NCBI GenBank assembly: GCA_016302545.1
Contig: JAEDNK010000001.1
Span: 1-44,568 of the forward strand
Length of the DNA: 44,568 nt
Direction of reading: 5' to 3'
From: Bacillota bacterium
GTDB taxonomy: Bacteria > Bacillota > Clostridia > Peptostreptococcales > Anaerovoracaceae
Shown here: in pieces, positions 36,484 to 44,568 of the stretch
Layout of the letters: every line of letters starts with the position of its first letter
Numbering within the stretch: position 1 is the stretch's first letter
Translations under genes and position numbers: made by a program
Notes under the pieces: generated by a model
The model's database searches: none
Told to the model about the DNA's origin: nothing
What the model saw: only the letters and a program-made list of their open reading frames with translations

Positions 36484-37440
36484 TTATTTGATTTCTTTAG
36501 CAATGCTGATTATGTCGCCTACGATGGCACTGCCTGTAGGAAGGGCGCCGGCGCCTTTACCGTAGAACATAACCTCGCCTACCATATCACCTGTGATATA
36601 AACAGCATTGAATTCGTTGCTGACGCCTGCCAGAGGATGGGAATTCGGAATTTTTTCCGGTGCTACGCTGCATGAAACCTGTCCATCCTTTAAGGTGGCA
36701 TGGGCTATCAGCTTGATCTTGCAGCCTTCTTCGGCGGCAGCAGCGATATCAGTTCCTGTAATCTGTGAAATTCCCGTGGTAGGGATGTCCGACGGTGCAA
36801 TATATTTATCAAATAGAAGGGCAGTCAGAATACAAAGCTTGTTTGCCGCATCGATTCCTTCCACATCAGCTGTAGGGTCTGCTTCGGCAAATCCCTTTGC
36901 CTGTGCGTCTTTCAGCACATCTTTATAGTCCGCTCCGTCTTCGGTCATCTTGGTGAGAATATAGTTGGTAGTGCCGTTTACAATGCCCATGACTTCGAGG
37001 AAATTGTTTCCGGAAAGGGCATTTTGTATAGCTGTCAGGACAGGAATTCCTCCGCCTACGCTGGCTTCAAAGAGGAATTTAACCTCATTTTCCAAAGCAG
37101 CTCCGGTAAGCTCTTCATAATTAGCAGCAACAGCTGCTTTATTGGCGGTAACCACATGCTTTCCGTTTTTCATTGCCTGCAGCATGAAGGATGTTGCGGG
37201 CTGTATACCGCCCATAGTCTCTACAACCACATTGACATCGGGGTTATTCAGAATGTCATCAGGGTCATCGGTGAGGAGCTCCGCCGGAAATTCCGGACGA
37301 GGTCTTCTGGTAAGGAGTTTAAAAACTTCTACTGAGACGCCGGTCCTTTTTTCGATGACATCCTTATTTTTTGTCAGAATTTCGTAGGCTCCTCCGCCAA
37401 CCGTACCAGGTCCGAGAATTCCTACATTCAGTTTTTTCAT
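36484..37440 (-). CDS. hom: Homoserine dehydrogenase lacking the C-terminal ACT domain
   Basis: 318 aa. NAD-binding [11 protein letters not shown], a catalytic domain ([20 protein letters not shown]) and an end ...[25 protein letters not shown], where ACT-containing enzymes continue. Confidence 0.85.
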   Translation of the reverse strand: MKKLNVGILGPGTVGGGAYEILTKNKDVIEKRTGVSVEVFKLLTRRPRPEFPAELLTDDPDDILNNPDVNVVVETMGGIQPATSFMLQAMKNGKHVVTANKAAVAANYEELTGAALENEVKFLFEASVGGGIPVLTAIQNALSGNNFLEVMGIVNGTTNYILTKMTEDGADYKDVLKDAQAKGFAEADPTADVEGIDAANKLCILTALLFDKYIAPSDIPTTGISQITGTDIAAAAEEGCKIKLIAHATLKDGQVSCSVAPEKIPNSHPLAGVSNEFNAVYITGDMVGEVMFYGKGAGALPTGSAIVGDIISIAKEIK

Positions 37441-37503
37441 TTAATAAAACCTCCGTTAATACTTCTATAGCTTATATAGCTTGATTTTTGCTGTGATTTT
37501 TAG

Positions 37504-37532
37504 ATTATACAACAATTCTTTTGCTTTGTCAC
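37504..37532 (-). promoter_or_regulatory. Putative hom promoter (GTGACA-17-TATAAT, minus strand)
   Basis: The + strand shows attata at 37504-37509 and tgtcac at 37527-37532. Confidence 0.45.
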
Positions 37533-37575
37533 ACAAAACTCTTAAATTATTCCAAAATAATGAGAAATATCACCC

Positions 37576-37604
37576 TTGAAGTTTTCAGCGGTTGTTTATA
37601 TAAT
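37576..37604 (+). promoter_or_regulatory. Putative trmL promoter (TTGAAG-17-TATAAT)
   Basis: TTGAAG at 37576-37581 and TATAAT at 37599-37604. Confidence 0.55.
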
Positions 37605-37661
37605 AGTTTTGCCTGATAGAACGGACAGAAGTGAGCGGAACGACAGGAAGGAGAAAATGAA

Positions 37662-38138
37662 ATGTCTTTGCATATAGTATTCGTTGAACCCGAAATACCG
37701 CCCAACACGGGAAACATCGCCAGAACCTGTGCAGCAACAAACACGGTGCTCCATCTGGTTGAGCCTCTGGGATTTAAAATAGATGATAAGAGCCTTAAAA
37801 GAGCCGGTCTTGATTACTGGCCCTATGTGAAGCTGGAGGTTCACGAAAGCCTTTCCGCCTTCATGGAAAAGTATGGGCATGGGGACAGAAGACTGTTTCT
37901 GGCAACCACCAAGGGAGGCAGAATATATACGGAGCCTGAGTACCGTGACGAGGATATGTTTATCTTCGGGAAGGAGACAGCAGGACTTCCGAGAGACTTT
38001 ATAGCAGAGCATGAAGATACTGCAATCAGAATACCTATGAGCGCCGACACCAGACTGCGCTCCTTTAACCTGGCAAACTCTGCCAATATAATTTTGTTTG
38101 AAGCTTTGCGTCAATTAAATTTCCCAGGGTTGAAATAA
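37662..38138 (+). CDS. trmL: tRNA (cytidine/uridine34-2'-O)-methyltransferase TrmL (SpoU family)
   Basis: 158 aa. Motifs IVFVEPEIPPNTGNIARTCAAT, FGKETAGLP and NLANSANIILFEALRQ. Confidence 0.85.
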   Translation: MSLHIVFVEPEIPPNTGNIARTCAATNTVLHLVEPLGFKIDDKSLKRAGLDYWPYVKLEVHESLSAFMEKYGHGDRRLFLATTKGGRIYTEPEYRDEDMFIFGKETAGLPRDFIAEHEDTAIRIPMSADTRLRSFNLANSANIILFEALRQLNFPGLK

Positions 38139-38158
38139 ATTAAAATCTTTGGTATAAT
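38130..38158 (+). promoter_or_regulatory. Putative sigma-A promoter of rpoN (TTGAAA-17-TGgTATAAT)
   Basis: TTGAAA at 38130-38135 overlaps the end of trmL. TATAAT at 38153-38158 has TG at 38150-38151. Confidence 0.55.
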
Positions 38159-38196
38159 ATTTGCATAAGCGGAATTAGCTCAATCGGAGGAAAAGT

Positions 38197-39609
38197 ATGA
38201 GACTAGGATATGACCTGACAATTGAACAGACCCAGAAGCTGACCATGACACCGGAGCTCATTCAGGCTATTCAGATATTGCAGTTTAACACTCAGGAGCT
38301 GGAATCCTTTGTGCAGGATGAACTTATGCAAAATCCGGTGCTGGAATATGACAGCGCTGATGTAAAAAAGGAGCCTGAGATTTCCAAGACAGAGGATATG
38401 GACCGCAAGGAGGCCGAAGCTTCCGAAATAGATTTGCGAGAGAAGGTAAAAGAGGCCGAGTATGACGATATCAGCTACAGACAGTGGGAATACTCCAAGG
38501 ACCACGATGAGACCTCATTTGAACAGTTTGTAAGCAAGGAGGAAACTCTGGAGGACTTTCTGCTGCTTCAGCTCACCTTTTCCAGTCTTAAGGGCTGCGA
38601 AATGAAGATAGGAAGGTATCTGGTGGAGGCTATTGACGAAAACGGATATCTTACCGTTGACACAGATAAGGTGGCTAAATGCTTCAAAGTATCTGAGGAT
38701 ACGGTAGAGAAGGTGCTGGATGTAATTCAGACCTTTGAGCCTCTGGGGGTAGGAGCCAGAAGTCTCGAAGAATGTCTCATAATACAGCTTGCGGCTAAAG
38801 GGCTTTTGGAAGACAGTGTTGAATACATTATTCTTCACCATCTGGCAGATTTAGGTGACAATAAGCTAAACAAGGTTGCCAAAGTCACAGGTCTGACTGT
38901 AGAGCAGGTACAGATGGTGGCGGACCTCATAAGAACGCTGGAGCCTAAGCCGGGCCGTCAGTATTCTTCGGGAGAAACAGTAAAGTATGTTGTTCCCGAT
39001 GTGGTAGTGGAAAAAGTCGACGGTGAATATCAGGTGATTACTAACGACGGAACAGTGCCGAGGCTTATGGTAAGCCCATACTATATGAACCTTGCCAAGC
39101 AGTCACCTCACGACGAGGAGCTTTCCAAATACTTAAACGACAGATATAACGCTGCCCTCTGGCTTATCAAGAGTATAGAACAGCGAAAGCAGACAATATA
39201 CAATGTTGCAGACTCGGTGGTTAAGCATCAAAAGGAGTTTTTAGATAATGGTCCTAAATTCCTTAAAACTCTCACACTGAAGCAGGTGGCCGAAGATTTG
39301 GGCATTCACGAATCCACCGTCAGCCGTTCCATAAACGGCAAGTACATACAGACGCCGAGAGGAGTTTTTGAGATAAAATACTTCTTTTCCAGCGGTATCA
39401 CAGATGCAAGCGGTGAGGGCATGTCCTCAAACAGCATCAAGACCTTTATCAAGGAAATCGTGGAGGGGGAGGACCCGAAGAAGCCTTACAGCGATCAGGA
39501 TATGGTGGAAATACTCAGCCGTAAAGGAATTGAAATTTCAAGACGAACCGTGGCAAAATACAGGGAAGGTATGAATATCCTTTCTTCATCAAAACGGAGA
39601 AGGTATTGA
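38197..39609 (+). CDS. rpoN: RNA polymerase sigma-54 factor
   Basis: 470 aa. Region I LTMTPELIQAIQILQ, an acidic region II, an HTH (LKQVAEDLGIHESTVSRSINGKY) and the RpoN box ISRRTVAKYRE. Confidence 0.9.
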   Translation: MRLGYDLTIEQTQKLTMTPELIQAIQILQFNTQELESFVQDELMQNPVLEYDSADVKKEPEISKTEDMDRKEAEASEIDLREKVKEAEYDDISYRQWEYSKDHDETSFEQFVSKEETLEDFLLLQLTFSSLKGCEMKIGRYLVEAIDENGYLTVDTDKVAKCFKVSEDTVEKVLDVIQTFEPLGVGARSLEECLIIQLAAKGLLEDSVEYIILHHLADLGDNKLNKVAKVTGLTVEQVQMVADLIRTLEPKPGRQYSSGETVKYVVPDVVVEKVDGEYQVITNDGTVPRLMVSPYYMNLAKQSPHDEELSKYLNDRYNAALWLIKSIEQRKQTIYNVADSVVKHQKEFLDNGPKFLKTLTLKQVAEDLGIHESTVSRSINGKYIQTPRGVFEIKYFFSSGITDASGEGMSSNSIKTFIKEIVEGEDPKKPYSDQDMVEILSRKGIEISRRTVAKYREGMNILSSSKRRRY

Positions 39610-39671
39610 TATATTAAAACTAAAGAATTAAATTGTCATTATTTATCAGAGAATTTAGGAGGAAAAATAAA

Positions 39672-40688
39672 ATGGCGATTAGAGTTGGAATTAATGGATT
39701 TGGAAGAATCGGACGGGTGGTAATCCGCGCGGCTATGGATATGCCCGAAATCGAAATCAGGGCGATTAATCTGAGAAATGCAGACCTGGAATACATGGTG
39801 TATATGCTCAAATACGATACGGTGTTCGGCAGATTTCCCAAAGCTCTCGACCATGATAAAAACGGTATATTCATTGACGGAAAGCATGTGGATGTTTTCT
39901 CATTTTCCGACGCACTGGAAATTCCGTGGAAGGAAGCAGGTGTTGACTATGTAATCGACTGTACAGGTGCATATGTTACCACAGAAAAGGCCATGGATCA
40001 CATCGAAGCGGGCGCAAAGCATGTTATCATTTCTGCTCCTGCAAAGGACAAGGATACACCGACTTTTGTGTATGGCGTAAACCACGAAACATATAATTCC
40101 GACATGCAGGTTGTTTCCAATGCATCCTGTACTACAAACTGTCTGGCTCCACTGATGAAGGTTATCGAAGATAATTACGGAATAAAGGAAGGTCTTATGT
40201 CCACAATCCACGCCGCTACGGCAAAGCAGAAGGTTGTAGATGCCAAATCCTTAAAGGACTGGAGAACGGGACGCTCCGTATTCGGAAACGTAATTCCTTC
40301 CACCACAGGCGCAGCAAAGGCTGTAGGTCTGGTTATTCCTTCTCTTAAGGGGAAGATGACGGGGATTTCTTACAGAGTTCCGACAGCAGACGTCTCCGTT
40401 ATCGACGTAAATGTGGTACTTAATACTCCGACAAGCGGCCCTGAGCTAAGACAGAAGATTAAGGAAGCCTCTGAAACATACCTGAAGGGAGTCCTCGAAT
40501 ATGTGGATGACGAGGTGGTTTCCGGTGATTTTGTAGGCGACCCTTGTACGTCCATCTTCGATTCAAGACAGACCATTGAGCTTAACGACCATTTCTTCAA
40601 ACTCATCGCTTACTATGATAATGAATTTGGATATTCAAGCAACCTGTTAAACATGCTGAAATACATGCACAGTGTAGACAATAAATAA
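39672..40688 (+). CDS. gap: Type I glyceraldehyde-3-phosphate dehydrogenase, divergent paralog lacking Asp32 (possibly NADP-utilising)
   Basis: 338 aa. Motifs INGFGRIGR, catalytic [12 protein letters not shown], His in STIHAAT, and STGAAKAV. The coenzyme-pocket segment reads AINLRNAD instead of AINDLT. AGGAGG RBS precedes the ATG at 39672. Confidence 0.9.
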   Translation: MAIRVGINGFGRIGRVVIRAAMDMPEIEIRAINLRNADLEYMVYMLKYDTVFGRFPKALDHDKNGIFIDGKHVDVFSFSDALEIPWKEAGVDYVIDCTGAYVTTEKAMDHIEAGAKHVIISAPAKDKDTPTFVYGVNHETYNSDMQVVSNASCTTNCLAPLMKVIEDNYGIKEGLMSTIHAATAKQKVVDAKSLKDWRTGRSVFGNVIPSTTGAAKAVGLVIPSLKGKMTGISYRVPTADVSVIDVNVVLNTPTSGPELRQKIKEASETYLKGVLEYVDDEVVSGDFVGDPCTSIFDSRQTIELNDHFFKLIAYYDNEFGYSSNLLNMLKYMHSVDNK

Positions 40689-40728
40689 TTTACATATAAT
40701 TAAAGCATAATAAGTAAAAAGGTTAATG

Positions 40729-40755
40729 AGCCTTTGTTCCGTGGGGACAAAGGCT
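40729..40755 (+). other. Strong intercistronic RNA hairpin between gap (copy 1) and pgk
   Basis: AGCCTTTGT-(TCCGTGGGG)-ACAAAGGCT: a 9-bp perfect stem that is extendable. No U-tract follows. Confidence 0.45.
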
Positions 40756-40783
40756 GTGTTATCAAGCAAAGGAAGGTTGTAAA

Positions 40784-41968
40784 ATGAAGAAAACAGTCAG
40801 AGATATTGAAGTAAAGGGAAAGCGCGCCCTGGTGAGGTGCGATTTTAACGTACCCCTTAAGGACGGAGTTATAACAGATGACATCAGAATTGTGTCGGCG
40901 CTGCCTACCATACGCTATCTTATGGAAAATGGTGCAAGGGTGATTTTAATGTCCCATCTCGGTCGCCCTGACGGAGAACCGAAGAAGGAGTTCACACTGG
41001 CGCCTGTGGCAGAGCGTTTAAGCCGGCTTCTCGGTACAGAGGTGAAGTTTGCAGGTTCAGATAATGTGGTAGATGACAAAGTGAGAGAAGCTGCATCAGA
41101 GCTTAAGGACGGAGAGGTTATGCTCCTTGAAAATGTCAGATTCAGAAAAGAGGAGACTAAAAACGGCGCTGATTTTGCAAAAGAGCTGGCGCAGCTTGGA
41201 GATTTCTTCGTAAACGACGCCTTCGGAACAGCTCACAGAGCCCATGCCTCCACAGCAGGAGTTGCCGACTATCTGCCTGCAGTTTCGGGCTTCCTCATTG
41301 AAAAAGAGGTTGAATTCCTCGGCAATGCTGTGGAAAACCCAAAGAGACCTTTCGTAGCCATCATGGGCGGAGCTAAGGTAGGAGACAAGATTCCGGTAAT
41401 CGAGAATCTGTTAAAAAAGGTTGATACTCTTATTATCGGCGGCGGTATGGCGTACACTTTCTTCAAATCTCAGGGACTGGAAATAGGAACCTCCATTCTG
41501 GATAAGGACAACGTAGAGCTTGCTGCAGAGCTTCTTAAAAAGGCAGAGGCTGCCGGAGTGAAAATGCTCCTTCCCGTAGACTGCGTATGCGGAAAGGAAT
41601 TTAAAAACGATACGGAATATGCTGTATATTCAAAGGATAACATTCCGGCGGATATGATGGGGCTTGATATAGGCCCGAAGACTGCGGAGCTTTACAGACA
41701 GGCCGCCTCTGATGCAGCTACAGTGGTATGGAATGGACCTATGGGCGTTTTTGAAATGCCTAATTTTGCCAAGGGAACCAAAGCCGTTGCCGAAGCGCTG
41801 GCCGAAAGCGACGCCGTTACAATAATCGGCGGAGGCGACTCTGCGGCGGCGGTAGAACAGTTCGGACTGGCTGATAAAATGACTCATATTTCAACAGGAG
41901 GCGGCGCGTCTCTTGAATTTCTGGAAGGAAAAACCCTGCCGGGAATCGCTGTCATTGAGGATAAATAG
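40784..41968 (+). CDS. pgk: Phosphoglycerate kinase
   Basis: 394 aa. Motifs [22 protein letters not shown] and GGGDSAAA. Confidence 0.94.
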   Translation: MKKTVRDIEVKGKRALVRCDFNVPLKDGVITDDIRIVSALPTIRYLMENGARVILMSHLGRPDGEPKKEFTLAPVAERLSRLLGTEVKFAGSDNVVDDKVREAASELKDGEVMLLENVRFRKEETKNGADFAKELAQLGDFFVNDAFGTAHRAHASTAGVADYLPAVSGFLIEKEVEFLGNAVENPKRPFVAIMGGAKVGDKIPVIENLLKKVDTLIIGGGMAYTFFKSQGLEIGTSILDKDNVELAAELLKKAEAAGVKMLLPVDCVCGKEFKNDTEYAVYSKDNIPADMMGLDIGPKTAELYRQAASDAATVVWNGPMGVFEMPNFAKGTKAVAEALAESDAVTIIGGGDSAAAVEQFGLADKMTHISTGGGASLEFLEGKTLPGIAVIEDK

Positions 41969-43758
<1,790 letters not shown>

Positions 43759-43759
43759 C

Positions 43760-43789
43760 TTGATTTTACTGTATAGTATATGTTACAAT
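43760..43789 (+). promoter_or_regulatory. Putative secG promoter (TTGATT-18-TGtTACAAT)
   Basis: TTGATT at 43760-43765 and TACAAT at 43784-43789 with TG at 43781-43782. Confidence 0.4.
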
Positions 43790-43818
43790 TATCAAGTTAT
43801 AATGTGAGGAGGTAAGAG

Positions 43819-44052
43819 ATGAAAATTTTCCTGATGATTTTACTCGCGGTCGCAAGCGTTATTCTTATCGCCAGCGTACTGCTTCAGTCCGGAAACAGTG
43901 CAGGTCTCTCCGGTTCCATCGCCGGCGGTGCTGAACAGCTTTTCGGCAAGAAAAAGAGTAAAGGCTATGAAGCACTGTTAGAAAAGATTACTACAATTTC
44001 GGCTGTTCTTTTCATCGTTATTTCAATTGTCATCGTAGCGGTGTTTGAGTAA
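43819..44052 (+). CDS. secG: Preprotein translocase subunit SecG
   Basis: 77 aa with two TM helices flanking a Gly/Ser-rich loop (LLQSGNSAGLSGSIAGGAEQLFG). GAGGAGG RBS. Confidence 0.8.
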   Translation: MKIFLMILLAVASVILIASVLLQSGNSAGLSGSIAGGAEQLFGKKKSKGYEALLEKITTISAVLFIVISIVIVAVFE

Positions 44053-44167
44053 CAGACAGGCTTAAATGCGTTTCTAATTTTTTTATTATATTTCACTTTA
44101 AGCGAAAGGGGTGCGGCGAGCTGTACCTCTTATGTGACGTTATAAAGTGAGTGGGAGGTATCATATC

Positions 44168-44568
44168 ATGAAATTTTTTGCTGTAATCGCAGCCGTGATT
44201 GGTCTTATCGTTGCATTTTGTTTGGCAGCATGGATCAAGAAGGCTGACGAGGGAACAGACAGAATGAAGGAAATTGCCGGATACATCAGAGAAGGTGCCA
44301 TGGCATTCCTCAAGAGAGAATACAAGACAATGGTAATTGTAATAGTAGTTCTCTTCCTGTTAATCGGTTTCGGCTTACAGAGCTGGACAACTGCTATTCT
44401 CTATGTATGCGGAGCGCTTCTTTCAGTACTTGCGGGCTTCTTCGGTATGAAGGTTGCTACTCTTGGTAATGTAAGAACTGCAAACGCAGCCAGAGAATCC
44501 GGCATGGATAAGGCGCTGAAGATCGCTTTCAGATCAGGATCTGTAATGGGTCTTTGCGTATCAGGTCT
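44168..44568 (+). CDS. hppA: Membrane-bound ion-translocating pyrophosphatase (HppA), 5' part only
   Basis: Not in the ORF track because it is open to the window edge. ATG at 44168 follows GGGAGG. The translation MKFFAVIAAVIGLIVAFCLAAWIKKADEGTDRMKEIAGYIREGAMAFLKREYKTM...RTANAARESGMDKALKIAFRSGSVMG matches the conserved N-terminus of M-PPases. Confidence 0.88.
   Translation, partial: MKFFAVIAAVIGLIVAFCLAAWIKKADEGTDRMKEIAGYIREGAMAFLKREYKTMVIVIVVLFLLIGFGLQSWTTAILYVCGALLSVLAGFFGMKVATLGNVRTANAARESGMDKALKIAFRSGSVMGLCVSG

Noticed and set aside
37466-37482. Tandem TATAGCTT-A-TATAGCTT in the hom leader, and nearby TGATTTTT x2
   Set aside because: These are short AT-rich repeats in a promoter/leader region. 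There is no phasing, no palindrome and no obvious partner regulator, so I cannot separate them from chance.
44053-44092. Possible secG terminator at the T-run 44066-44074
   Set aside because: I could not find a convincing stem preceding the T-tract.

Overview
This 44.6 kb window looks like core chromosome from a Firmicute. It is probably Clostridia or Lachnospiraceae-like, inferred from gene content, gene order and about 48% GC. It is densely coding with about 40 genes.

Gene order, left to right:
- a partial TIGR01212-type radical SAM gene, then queH and asnA
- the conserved priA-def-fmt-Zn peptidase-rsmB-stp-prkC-rsgA-rpe cluster
- a GlnK/GlnL (YcbA/YcbB)-type two-component system, divergent from a livKHMGF-type amino-acid ABC transporter
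- a class A PBP, then comEC-holA and an EamA transporter
- a GltD/NuoF-like flavoprotein translationally coupled to an [FeFe] hydrogenase
- recN-argR, divergent from ruvCAB-queA
- hom plus a SEC-C motif gene, then trmL
- rpoN followed by gap-pgk-gap-tpiA, then secG and the start of a membrane pyrophosphatase

I found no rRNA, tRNA, CRISPR array, IS element, integrase, prophage or recognisable defence island. I cannot point to a clear-cut undescribed multi-gene system.

The most notable signals are regulatory or architectural:
1. A 10-bp-phased GAAG/TTTGAAG repeat array fills the divergent control region between the GlnKL-like system and the liv operon.
2. The rpoN-headed glycolytic cluster has two divergent GAPDH paralogs, one lacking the NAD-specifying Asp32, and no cggR.
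3. The GltD-like/[FeFe]-hydrogenase pair has group A2 architecture.
4. A perfect palindrome sits inside the ruvC promoter spacer.

Several ORF-track starts are 5'-overextended and are corrected in the feature list. All calls rest on reading the translations and DNA by eye; no database search was run.
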